Source: Leucoraja erinacea (lineage: Eukaryota). Taken from it: a stretch of DNA of 64,000 nucleotides. The notes beneath the pieces were generated by a model. The model did no database searches and was not told the origin of the DNA. It saw nothing but the letters and a program-made list of their open reading frames with translations. A program made the translations under genes and the position numbers. The DNA lies in NCBI RefSeq assembly GCF_028641065.1, contig NC_073389.1:5518001-5582000 (forward strand), written 5' to 3'. This document shows, in pieces, positions 26,206 through 37,486 of the stretch (within the stretch, counting starts at the first letter, position 1; every line of letters starts with the position of its first letter).

Positions 26206-27264
26206 CCCGAACTGTCACCTATTTCCTTCGCTCCATAGATGCTGCTGCAGTTTTGTGTACCTTCGATCTTCCAGCATCTGCAGTTCCTTCTTGAACACCC
26301 ATTCCTTCTCTCCAGAGATGCTGCCTGTCCCTGGGGAGGGAGATGTAGAGGCCAGGCCAGCAGAGACTGAGCTGACCACAGCCTGGCTTGCTGCTCTTCA
26401 CCAATGCAGTTTGTGTGGAAGGGCAGGCAGGGCTGCGCTGATGGAGGGGGCAACTTTCAACTTTACTTCCCTGGAAAGTGGAAGCAGATCTAGGGAGACC
26501 AGGACAGGGAAGCTGTGTCTTTCAATGACGCTTGAGTTGGCCACATGACAGTAACAAACCTGAACATAAACCTAAATGGGCCAACTTTAAACGAGAAATG
26601 ATGTAATATTTATTCTCCCTGACCACCTTATGTTTTGCATTTGAAAATCTCCTTGAAATCTATTGTTCTGACTACATTTTGAGCTACCTCTCTCCTAACT
26701 TCGTCTCTGACTCAGTTTTGTGTACCAACACATACACTTGTGAAGCAAGTGCGTGGATTCATTTATATATGTTTAGGTTGGAGAGATAAGGCCCAGTGGC
26801 GCAGCTGGTAGAGCTGCTGCCTCACAGCGCCAGAGACCCGGTTTCTATCCTGACCTCAGTTGCTGTCCATGTGGAGTTTGCACGTTCTCCGTGTGACCGT
26901 GTGGGTTTCCCCCGGGGGTGCTCCGGTTTCCTCCCACTTCCCAAAGAGGTGCGGGTTTGTAGGTTCATTGGCCCTCTGTAAGTTGCCCCCAGTGTGTAGA
27001 GTGGATGGGAAAGTGGGATAGCATAGAACTGGTGGGCCGAAGGAACTGCTTCAATGCTGTATCTCTAAACTAAACTAAACTAAACTAAGCTAAACTAAAC
27101 TAAGCTGAACTGAACTAAACTAAGCTGAACTGAACTAAACTAATCTAAACTAAAGGAGATGAAAGTGAACTGGCAGCTTGTTATCTCCAGATGTTGATTG
27201 CCGTCTGTGTATCTAGACACAGCTCCATTGTCTAAGGTTTCACTGGGTTCTTGCTTCCTTCCAG

Positions 27265-27549
27265 GTGACAGTAAGAACCTGACACTTTTGCCCCCAAACA
27301 CACTGAGTGCTGAGGTCAACATCTCCTGTGGTGTGACTGGTGCTTATCCACAGCCGTTAATAACATGGCGGGATGAGAATGGGATCGACCTCACTAACAA
27401 TGCAACATCAAGTAACACTAATGACTCGCAAGGTCTTTACAACATGGAGAGCATTCTGAAGACAGATTATACGTCAAGGACAATGTACGTGTGCACCATA
27501 AGGAATGAACGATTGCAAAAGTCATGGACTGCATCCTGGAAAATGCAAG
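27265..27549 (+). CDS. HHLA2: HHLA2-like gene, IgC exon
   Basis: CTTCCTTCCAG acceptor, G|GTAATG donor, 285 nt, phase 1-1; ISC..GAYPQPLITW..GLYNMESIL..YVCTIRNERLQKSWTASWKMQ. The ending resembles recalled human HHLA2 YECTIENSLLKQTWTGRWTMK. Confidence 0.9.
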
Positions 27550-27721
27550 GTAATGATAAAGAATAAATTACAGGAGACCTGGCCATGTTTTCTTCCAGTC
27601 TGTGATCATGTTTAACTGGATATAAGGTGATACAGGATATACTGTACACTGTGCTTGCAACTGTAGCAGTTTGTGTCATTCAAACTCCTGTCAAATTAAG
27701 TGATGTTGCCAAGATGAACCC

Positions 27722-28640
27722 CGAGTCTTCCCAGGTGAGGCAGAGGTTCACTTGCACCTACTCCAACCTCATCTACTGTATCCACTGTTCCTGGTGTCAA
27801 ATCCTGTACATCGGCGAGACCAAGCGCAGGCTCGGCGACCGTTTCAGTGAACACCTCCGCTCAGTCCGCCTTAACCTACCTGATCTCCCGGTGGCTCAGT
27901 ACTTGAACTCCCATTCCCATTCCCAATCTGGCCCTTCTGTCCTGGGCCTCCTCGATTGTCAGAGTGAGGCCCAGCGCAAATTGGAGGAACAGCACCTCAT
28001 ATTTTGCTTGGGTAGCTTACACCCCCAGCGGTATGAACATTGACTTCTCTAACTTCAAATAGCCCTTGCTTTCCCTCTCTCTCCATCCCCTCCCCATTCC
28101 CAGTTCTCCCACCAGTCTTACTGTCTCCGACTACATTCTATCTCTGTCCCGCCCACTCCCCTGACATCAGTCTGAAGAAGGGTCTCGACACGAAACGTCA
28201 CCCATTCCTTCTCTCCATAGATGCTGCCTGTCCCATTTTGTGTCTATCTTCGGTATGAATATTGATTTCTCCAACTTCAAGTAACTCCTGCATTCCCTCT
28301 CTCTCCATCCCTCCCCCATCCAAATCGTACCAGCTTCAAAGTCGTCTTCAGTCTCATGGTCTGTAATATGTTCTCACCGCACAAACAGCTAACAATGACC
28401 TGTTGCCTTTATCATCGCTACATTTTTGCATATCTTTCATTCATTGTTCTATATCTCTCCACAAAACCATCTACATCTCTCGATTCCCTTTCCCCGACTC
28501 TCAGTCTGAAGAAGAGTTTCAACCCGACACATCAACCATTCCTTCTCTCCAGAGATGCTGCCTGTCCCACTGAGTTACTCCGACATTTTGTATCCACCTT
28601 CGGCAGTTCCTTTGTACACCAGCATCTGCAGTTCCTTTGT
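27722..28640 (+). mobile_element. Penelope-like element 3' fragment: GIY-YIG endonuclease plus tandem pseudo-LTRs
   Basis: FTCTYSNLIYCIHCSWCQILYIGETKRRLGDRFSEHL..RKLEEQHLIFCLGSLHP; the terminal region is repeated from about 28250. Confidence 0.9.
28172..28199 (+). ncRNA. Minimal type-I hammerhead ribozyme core in the Penelope pseudo-LTR
   Basis: CTGAAGA-A-GGGTC-TC-GACAC-GAAA-C-GTC, i.e. CUGAnGA, stem II with one mismatch, GAAA and a GUC site; stem I is weak. Confidence 0.65.
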
Positions 28641-29064
28641 ACACATGCCAATAGACTTGTTCTCAAGTTCCCAGATTCACTTATTCCTGTTGTTTGATGA
28701 TTTTACGACAGAAAACCTTAACAGAGCTGGATCTGGCCCCTGGATTATTTTGATGCCTATCATTTCCTGCAGGGTGATGTCCATTACATTGCTGACTGGA
28801 GTATCATGCAAACTCATAACATGAAGTGATTTGGGCCAGAATTTGATATAAAATGCCAGCAGTTCTCTGTCCACACTTCCCCACAACATGTCTGCAACGT
28901 TGGAATTTCACCAGAAAATTCAGGTCACTTCTTCAGACCCAAAATGTCACCGATCCATGTTCCCCAGAGATGCTGCTGCCTGACCTGCTGAGCATTTTGT
29001 ATCTATTTTTGTAAACCAACATCTGTGGTCCCTGGTGTCTATGTTCATTTCTCCAACCCTTCTG

Positions 29065-29505
29065 AGACTGATACAACACGGGAAAAGGCCCTTAGGCCCA
29101 ACTTGTCCATGCTGACCAAGATAAGCCGTCTACACTAGTCCCACCAGCCCCCATTTGGCCCTTATCCCTCTAAACATTTCCTATCCATGCCCCTGTCTTT
29201 TAAATGTTGTTATAGTACCTGCCTCAACTACCTCCTCTGGCAGCTCGTTCCACATGCCACCATCCTGTGTGTGAAAAGGTTGCCCCTCAGGTTCCTATTA
29301 AATCGATCCCCTCTCACCTTAAACCTAGGTCCTCGTGTTCTTGAGTCCCCTCCTCTGGGTGAAACACTCTGTGTATTCACCCCATCTATTCTCCTCATGA
29401 TTTTTTTACACTTCTATAAGATCACACCTCAGTCACCTGTGCTCCATGGAATAAAGTCCTCGCCTGCCCAACCTCTCCCTGTAGCTCAGGCCCTCGGGTC
29501 CTGGC
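29065..29505 (-). mobile_element. CR1 LINE 3' fragment
   Basis: Same 3' UTR and ORF2 end as the other CR1 copies. Confidence 0.85.
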
Positions 29506-29964
29506 AGATGGTATAAATTATTTTGAATGTGTCGGACATTTCAATACACTATACAAGTGATGGATATTTTCTGCTTTGTCATACAGGCTAGCTGCCCTCT
29601 CTTCCTGGGTGTTGAACAATCACTGCCTTTGTTATATGTACATGCACCAGTACCCAAAGTGGTACCACACCCTTCCACAACTCAGGAAAACAAAGAGATT
29701 CTATTCTATTCCAAGTATTGGAAACGAGGAACTGCAGATGCTGGTTAATAAACAAAAGGACCCAAAGCACTGGAATAACTCAGCATCATTGGGGAAAGAA
29801 CAGAATCTAAAGAATGTTCCCTCCCCGAAACGTGACCTATCCCTGTTCTCCATCGATGCTGCCTAACCCGCTGAGTCACTCCACCACTTTGTGTCCTTGT
29901 GAGATCTCACGTCAAAGAGTTTACTGTGTTTCGTGTAAAACATTACATGTTTTTTTTTTTGAAG

Positions 29965-30276
29965 GCACATTGAAAGAAAATGAGACTCATCCAGCTACCA
30001 TTCATTGCCAATATCCCCCTAACAATGATCAAGATTTGACAATTATATGGAGGTTTAGGAACTCAGAAACCTCTTCCTTGGCAGTAATGTGTGAATCAAC
30101 GCCGCAGAATGCCAGTGAGAGTTCAGGTTGCAAGAAGGAGCGAATGGAAGTGATAAACACCAAGAACTCTTCCACACTTCAACTGGGCCGTGCAATGAAG
30201 GAGGATGCTGGAGAATATATCTGTGAAATCAGGACCCGAGATGTGTTGCAAATATTCACCTACGTACTACAAATAG
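29965..30276 (+). CDS. HHLA2: HHLA2-like gene, IgV2 exon
   Basis: Poly-T acceptor, G|GTAGGC donor, 312 nt, phase 1-1; TIHC..LTIIW..STLQL..EDAGEYICEI. The V-C-V order is the HHLA2 signature within the B7 family. Confidence 0.9.
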
Positions 30277-31304
30277 GTAGGCCGTCAACATGTCTGTGTG
30301 CTTCATTCTCAACACTTCAAGTTTAGTTGAACTAAACGTAACGATATGATAAAACGTGAGAAATAAGGGCGGCACAGTGGCGCAGCGGTAGAGCTGCTGT
30401 CTCACAACTCCACAGACCCAGGTTCGATTCTGGTCTCGGGTGCTGCCTGTACGGAATTTGCACATTCTCCTGTGGGATTTCTCCGGTTTCCTCCTCCATC
30501 CCAAAGATGTGCAGGTTTGTAGGTTAATCGGCTTCTGTACGTCGTCCCTAGTGTGTAGGGTAGTGCTAGTGTATGGGCGGATTCGATGGGCCGAAGGGCC
30601 TGTTTTCCGGCCCTATCTCCAAACTAAACTACAGAGGGTAGAAGTCCTGAGCAATAATGTTAGTATGTGGTTGAGTCTTTGCTGCTCCTCCAGAACAGAA
30701 GTGTTTGTATGATAATACACATTGGTTTGCCGAACCGACCCCTGCGAACAGTTAAAAGCCAGATATCCACATTCTTAGCGTTTGAATTTGTAACAGTGTT
30801 GATATTATAGTTTTTTAGTTCTACAGTTTACAGACACAAGAAGGGGTGACGTAACGTGCAGCGCAAGATTTCAGATTTGTGAACAATTTAAATAAATTGC
30901 TCAAGAAATAATGCATCAACTTTTTAGGTGAGGTGATTTTTGACATCACGGCATAAATCTCTATTGGAGGAGATCAGAATCGTTTTCGAGGAGATCAGAA
31001 TCGCAGACCAGCATCACACACACACATACACACAAATACATCCACATCCAAGATCAGAGTTTTATAAGTATAAAGGTAAAGATATATGTGCCCCTCCTTG
31101 TCTACAAAACAAGCACTGCTCCAGAATACTCAGCTATGTTGAAGAAAGTGAAACTAGGTACAATCTGGGAAGCATAAAAAATATCTGATCCACCCTCTCT
31201 CCTGAACCATTCTGGCTCCTGATCGACTATTGCTCTTAATCCACCATAACTCCTGATCCACTCCTGGTCCTAATCCACTCTCACTCCTTGTGTAGGAAAG
31301 AACT

Positions 31305-31408
31305 TCTTCTTGCGTAAGGCCAACTTGTTCTTATTTGATTGTGCACGCCGGGTTGATTGCATTCGGTGAAACAGGGCGGACCTTGTGGAGGTTGCAATCT
31401 TCCACCGC
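31305..31408 (-). mobile_element. Short retroposon with HDV-like ribozyme head, degenerate copy
   Basis: 11-bp TSD AGGA(A/G)AGAACT at 31294-31304 and 31409-31419; (AAG)n tail; homologous to 37351-37486 with an internal deletion. Confidence 0.8.
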
Positions 31409-32389
31409 AGGAGAGAACTGCAGATACTGGTTTAAATCGAAGGTAAACACAAAATGCTGCAGTAACTCAGCAGGACAGGCAGCATCTTTGGAGAGAAGGA
31501 ATGGGTGACGTTTCGGATCGAAACCCTTCTGAAGCCTGAATTCCTTCTCCAATTCCTTCTCTCCAGACATGCTGTCTGTCCTGCTGAGTTACTCCAGCAT
31601 TTTGTGTGTCCCCTCACTCCTGATCGCTCTCACTCCTGATCGGCTCCCGATCCTTTGCTCCTCATCCACTCTGGCTCAACCATATCACCCCCTATCACTT
31701 CCCAACTCTGCATTTCCCTTCCAGGAGTGGGATGTGAAGGGTCCAGGTGAGATTCACATTTATAGCTGGTGGCCACCAAACCTGGCTAGACCGGCCCTTT
31801 GCAACCACTTCCTTATTCTCCCACAGATCTCCCCCTGGTTAGTGAAGATTCACTTCAGCAATCTTCAATGCAAAGGTGATTCAATTTAATTATTTACTTT
31901 AATTATCACTGAATAAAGCTTTCCTTTATTCCCACTAAGACAAGGGAGAACATTTGGAGACTGTCGTTCAAATGGAGATCCATAAACACTAACATCAGTT
32001 TGCAGTCTTTTTCACTGGGTGAATGGATGGTATTAAATAAACAAATTATTGTAAATGGTAACAAAAAATTCTTGTGTTCTTCCATCAGGCAATAATGGCC
32101 TTACATTTAATTACATTCTCAGCTTATATTTTTGTATTTCAAAACCATTTATTGAGGAACAACTAACCATCTTCTGTGTATTTAAAAAAATAATAATAAT
32201 AATTGTCAAGCTGGAACACAAACTGCCCAAGTTTTGTTTTGAGGGAACGCTCAGTCATTTAAGTAGTTTTGCTGCATTTATTCTTGAATTTTAGAATGTT
32301 TTATTTTTTATTTAAATTCTCTACTATTGTTGGATCTTTTATGTAAATTCTCTGATCCGTGCAAAGAATGTCTTTTGTTCAAATTTCAG

Positions 32390-32516
32390 ACCCGGCAGCA
32401 TTTGAGGAAAGTCACAAACACACGCGTTATGGATTATTTGCTGTCTTGCAATGGTGCCTTTGCTGATCATCTGTATTCTAATCATAATCAGTTGCAAAAT
32501 TTCTCAGAGGAGTTAG
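32390..32516 (+). CDS. HHLA2: HHLA2-like gene, stalk/TM/short-tail exon with a frame problem
   Basis: The frame ending at TAG 32514-32516 reads KSQTHALWIICCLAMVPLLIICILIIISCKISQRS. The strong acceptor TTTCAG|32390 enters another frame (DPAAFEESH..CLC*). Confidence 0.7.
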
Positions 32517-32770
32517 CACAAACCTTTTGCAACAGAAAGGTTCACGCAGTTACAATTATAGCATTATTAAACCTGGAACAAATGTGATGTGGACAGTGTC
32601 TTTCCACTTATACTGGAGTCAAGTACTGGGTTTTATCTCCAACATGTGTTTCTGAACTCCATTTCCAGCAACAAGGATTATTTCAACCCGAGTAACTTCC
32701 TGATCCACTGGAACAGTGCCATCATGCTAAATGACTATCTATCTGAATCACCCAGCAGTTCGATCAGTTA

Positions 32771-33101
32771 AAGCACAGTCCCATGGTACGAGTTCATTCC
32801 AAGAGCTCTCCCGAGTTTAAAAAAAAATCAAACTCGGGGTAAGCACGGAGAATGAATGTAGCGGGTACGTCGGAGCTCGGGGATGTCTCTTAGCGGCTCG
32901 TAACGCTAACGGCAGGTACTTGGGAAGACTCGCTAACTGCAAGTAAGCACAGGACGACTTGTGAAGATTTTTCAACATGTTGAAAAATGTCCACGAGAGC
33001 CCCGAGTACCGACGAGTGGCCATTACCGTAAATCTCCGAGTTCGAATCGGGGCAAACTTGGTAGAGCTTTTGGAATGAACTTGTACCGTGGGACAGGGGT
33101 T
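32771..33101. mobile_element. MITE (Harbinger-like)
   Basis: About 35-bp imperfect TIRs, CAGTCCCATGGTACGAGTTCATTCCAAGAGCTCT and AGAGCTTTTGGAATGAACTTGTACCGTGGGACAG; second copy at 1-272. Confidence 0.8.
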
Positions 33102-34207
33102 TGAGGGCGTCAAAGGTGATAGCGAGAATGCAGGAGAATGGGGTTGAGAGGGAAAGATATAAACTATAGTTGCATATTGTTGACAAAATAACAGTTGTAT
33201 AGTTGTATAAACTATAGTTGCACTATATTAAAACATATTCATATTTAAAAGGTTTATTTTGTCAACAGGATGAAAGAAAGATGTACATTGAATGTTTGGA
33301 TGTGCCAGCTAACTAAAAATTAGTGTGACTAAAACAAGCACCCGATTCAAAATAGGGTCAAAACTCTTTACTAATGTGAAAATGAGTCGAATTAGTGAGA
33401 GGTGCACATGGTCATTTTTTGCAATGTAATTAGTCGCATACATTGTTTAGCTTAAATTTTAAATCAGTGGACTGGTTTTTGTTTTACAAGCTGTCAGAAA
33501 TCATTGTAAGAATTTTGAAAAATAACATCTAACTAATATCTTTGCACACGAGCCGATGAACATCACGATTAAGATGAATTTGCTCATCTTAAATACTGCA
33601 ATAAAATCAAATGTAGAATTGATTATAGGAAAATTGTAACTGGGTTTGGATATTAGAATCCAAGGCAGGATTTAATGGTTGACCTATATCAAGTATTAAT
33701 ATATCAGTAAAATTTCACTACTCTATCACTAGGTACAGACTTGTTCCAAGTTTGAAAGAACTATTGTCCAAATCTAAAGGACACCTCCTCAATATATACA
33801 CACTACTGAAATGTTTGGTTATTCACAGTATTTTACTATATCATGAACAAAAATGCGTTCAAGCCTAAATGTGACTACACCAAATCTACAGCCTGCAACG
33901 TCAGTATTTCTACACGTAATAAGGGCCCAGAGCAGTGTGATTCAAGCAACATCAAATACTTGCTTCCAAAGCCAGCACTTTAAATGCTGTTCATATTTAA
34001 TGGTTTAAAATTTTGTTAAAATTTAATCCCATAGTATGAACATGTCATCTTCCAGCCACAGAGACTTAACGGTAACAGTTGATCTCAGCTCCATTTCTGT
34101 TCACATTAAAATGTCAGAAAGCAGCAAGGCTACAGACTGAGATTGACAGTGTTCGATGGCAATTTACTGCTACTCAGGCTATGAATCATTGCTATCATCT
34201 GGGAATG

Positions 34208-35833
34208 CTCAGCCAGATTTAGATGAAGAGAGGCCCTGGGCTATTCCACGTGAGGCCCTTCTCAATCCCCCACCCCCACGACTAGAGGAAGATTGATGAG
34301 TCCACCAGATTGACACCAATGTGCAGCCGAGAGTAGCCAATGAGATAAGGGCTGGAAAGCTGCGCTTTTTATTTATTGCCAGTGCTAGTGTCAAGTTATC
34401 GGCTTAAAACACTATTATTCTGAAATGGAGAGCAAGAAAAATTACTGAAGTGTTGTTAGAGACTACGGTGTGTTGTGGCAGCATTTGTAAGAAAGACCTA
34501 TGAGAGTGTCAAAAATATTATACACCAGGCCCCTACGAAGCTTTTCAAAAAGAGGGGTGGCATGGCAGGATTACAAATATTTTATGTGAAATAAGTACAC
34601 GCAGCACATTTCACAAATGGAAAGCTGAAAGTCCCTTGTAGCCGGAGTCCAGGGCTTAGGCGGGCCCTGGAAGCTCTGCGGTTTTAGATGCTCTCTGGTG
34701 CATTCTGATCCTTATTTTGGAGCATTTTTGCACCAAATTTATGACCAATATTTCAGAAATGATTTTAGTTGTGAGTGGGTTGAATGGGATGATTGGGATC
34801 ATTGTTGTATACATTTAAAAAAATCAAGAATTGAAGTTGTCCATGTTTTAATAATCAAGTTGTACTGTAAAATGCTTTGTAAAATGTTATAAAGGATCAT
34901 GCAAACACTGCAAAATAAAATACTGTTTTTGAAGTCAATTTTTAGAAAATGTTTTGTGTGTTGATTTGATTGCCTGTTACTGTTCGACTGTGTTAGTGTG
35001 TGCACATTAAAAATATGATGCAAAAATAAAGTCACAAACTCTGGAATTCATATTTTTCAGTATTGTTATCAAGGAGAAGAAACCAGTTCCAATTGTTTGA
35101 TATTATTCATATGGAGGAGAAAATATAATTGCTCTAAAACCTACCTTAATTTTGCAATCTCTCTAAAGATAATCCCCCNNNNNNNNNNNNNNNNNNNNNN
35201 NNNNNNNNNNNNNNNNNNNNNNNNNNNNNNNNNNNNNNNNNNNNNNNNNNNNNNNNNNNNNNNNNNNNNNNNNNNNNNNNNNNNNNNNNNNNNNNNNNNN
35301 NNNNNNNNNNNNNNNNNNNCTCCTCTGTCTCCCCCCCATCTCCCCCTCTCACATCCCCCATCTCTCTCCCTCCCTTCCACCCAGTGAGGCTCTGACTCCG
35401 CGACGCAGACACCGAAGCCCCCCCCCCCCCCCCCCCCCGGCCCATAGAAACGGGCACTCCCACAACGCAATATTGCACTACTTACCTGGTGTGGACACGA
35501 GGCATTGAGGTGGTTGTGTGGAGTACAAATGGAGATCTGAACCCGCCCGGGCACACTGCGCGGAGAGACAGCGTGATTTTGCATCGCTACTGCGTCTCCG
35601 GCTTCCCCCAACTGCGCAGGCGCGGATGGTTGCAATTTTTTCTCCCAAAACTTCCAGTGGGCCGGAACCAGAATTTTGAGTCATTTTTGTCTAAGTGGAA
35701 ATGCTGATTGCGCTCCAAATTTTTTTTTTCTCACTTTTTTTTACTCTGGGAAAAAAACACCTTGGCCGGAGGTCCCCTGGATTTTGAGGCTTTAGACTTC
35801 AGCCTACAAAGCCTATAGGTAAATCCGGCTCTG
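34208..35833. mobile_element. Non-autonomous hAT-like transposon inside the last CIP2A exon (spans gap 35179-35319)
   Basis: Termini CTCAGCCAGATTTA and TAAATCCGGCTCTG; direct repeat CTGGGAATG at 34199-34207 and 35831-35839 (6-9 bp TSD depending on the TIR boundary). Confidence 0.8.
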
Positions 35834-36269
35834 GGAATGTTTGCTGAGTTCCTCCTGCTGTGCTTGGACCAAGGCTTCCTGTTGATGTAACCGGGCCTCC
35901 AGCTGCGATTTCTGTACTTCGAAGGATGACAACTATGAACAGATAAAGTAGATACATGATGTAGAATAAAATCACATGAATACATTCACCCAAAGCTACA
36001 TTTCGTTCTACTTTGGTTGCAATGAGAAGCCTGTACACAAATTGCAAATGATTTGTTTTGGCTTAGTTCTGCCCAATCATTTACATATCACTGAAATTAA
36101 ATTCTATCATCAACATAAGAATGTTTGTTATTGTAAAACTAACCTAGAGCAGTTTAATTAATACATTTGGAAAATGGTTTCTAATCATAAAAAATAATAT
36201 TTCAGTATTAACCCATAATTTGATTTCAAGTAAAAAATGATTAAAAAATGTAAAGTTTCCACCTGGGGG

Positions 36270-37045
36270 CACCAACAACAGCAACCTCGCCAACAGTCTG
36301 TCTGTTTTTTTGTCATTTTTTTGTTATTGTTTTAAAAGTTTGTGTTAGTGTTCTTTGGTTTGTTTTATGTGGGGGGAGGAGGAGGGGGTCGGGGGGGGAA
36401 GCTTTTTTTTTTCAATCTCTTACCTTGCCGGAGATGCGATTGTTTTCCGGGTCGTATCTCCGGTCTCTCTGCGGCCTAACACCATGGAGCTGTCGGCCTT
36501 GCTCGGAACTGTCTGTGAGCCCCACCGCGGGGACGTGGACTTGTCATTGGAGCCTGCGATCCCTTGCCTGGGATCGACGCATCAACCGCGGCCTACGGAT
36601 TTCAACATCAAAGAGCTCGCAGTCTCGAGTAGAGACCGTAGATGTCGGGAGCTCCAACCACACAGAAGGTTCGACCAGCCCCGACCCGGGGTCCGATCGC
36701 CCGGCGCGGGGGAGCTGAGATCCCCCCTCGATGCTGGAGCTTGATCGCCCCGACAAGGAGGGCTCGACCGCCGGCTACAGGAGCTAAGACCGCCCCGTCA
36801 ACGGAAGGCTCAAGGCCCCCGACCGTGGGAGAACAGAGAAGGGAAGAGATTGAACTTTTCTTTTTTTGCCTTCCATCACAGTGAGGAATGTGGAGGAGTC
36901 ACTGTGGTGGATGTTTATGTTTAAATGTATTTTGTGTGTCCTGTTGCTTTTTATTTGTATGACTGTATGGAAAATCAAATTCCTCATAAGTTGCAAAATA
37001 TACCTGGCTGATAAAGTATTATTGTGATTGAGATTGATTGTGATA
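36270..37045 (+). mobile_element. Non-autonomous retroposon with Rex1-like 3' end; related shorter copy 38404-38782
   Basis: Both share TTGCCTTCCA.CACAGTGAGG..TCACTGTGGTGGATGTT and a tandem tail; the second copy has TSD AACCTTC (38397-38403, 38783-38789) and a (TCTAA)n tail. Confidence 0.65.
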
Positions 37046-37350
37046 AAGAAGTCTTTAACTAATACCATTATGTATAAAAATCAGTTTTTATGATTGAACA
37101 TTTAAAAGACCATTTAAAACCTATTGACCAAAAAATTAAATGCTTCCTTGAAGTCTACAAGAAGCAAGCAGCAAACAAGTGGTTGTGATTAACTTGGGTC
37201 CTTACCAAGACAGTGCTATCTTCATATCTGGAGGTTTATGTAAAAGTTCATAGTAATTCTATTCGTACTAACAAAATTTTGTGGACTTTGGGTACTTTGG
37301 TTAATTTTGGGTGATCTGTATTAAAAAATTATCAGCAAGATCTAGATGCT

Positions 37351-37486
37351 TCTTCTAGCGTATGGCGTGCACAGCCTAAAGTTGTAAGACAACTTGTTCT
37401 ATTTGATCATGTTTGATTGTGCACGCCGGGTTAATTGCATTCGTTGAAACAGGGCGGACCACGTGAAGGTTGCAATCTCCCACCCC
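37351..37486 (-). mobile_element. Short retroposon with HDV-like ribozyme head, best copy
   Basis: Perfect 11-bp TSD ATCTAGATGCT at 37340-37350 and 37487-37497; (AAG)n tail; no tRNA A/B boxes seen. Confidence 0.85.
37433..37486 (-). ncRNA. Minimal HDV/CPEB3-like self-cleaving ribozyme (predicted)
   Basis: GGGGUGG-GA-GAUUGCA-ACC-UUCACGU-GGU-CCGCCCU-GU-UUCAA-CGAA-UGCAAUU: 7-bp P1 with G1.U wobble, 7-bp P2, 3-bp P3, L3 UUCACGU, J4/2 CGAA, P4 reduced to a short loop. Confidence 0.8.

Noticed and set aside
30694-30810. Alternative TM/GPI exon for the HHLA2-like gene (also 32089-32294)
   Set aside because: The hydrophobic run is short or in the wrong phase; 32407-32516 is a far better TM.
30845-31080. 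Possible Helentron/Helitron-type non-autonomous element with CA microsatellite
   Set aside because: Single copy in the window and no defined termini or hairpin, so it cannot be classified.
31190-31700. CRISPR-like or coding repeat
   Set aside because: A degenerate minisatellite of about 18 bp (CTCCTGATC core) interrupted by a Penelope-derived repeat; eukaryotic context and no spacers.
31725-31990. Mini-exon-like segments (31725-31746, 31827-31875, from 31940) as HHLA2 exons
   Set aside because: Splice sites are plausible, but they lie before the TM exon, no combination restores the TM frame, and the implied introns are only 64-80 nt.
32520-34130. MYH15 between HHLA2 and CIP2A, or IFT57/DZIP3/TRAT1 elsewhere, as in human synteny
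   Set aside because: I recognised no exons of these genes; all coiled-coil exons match CIP2A.
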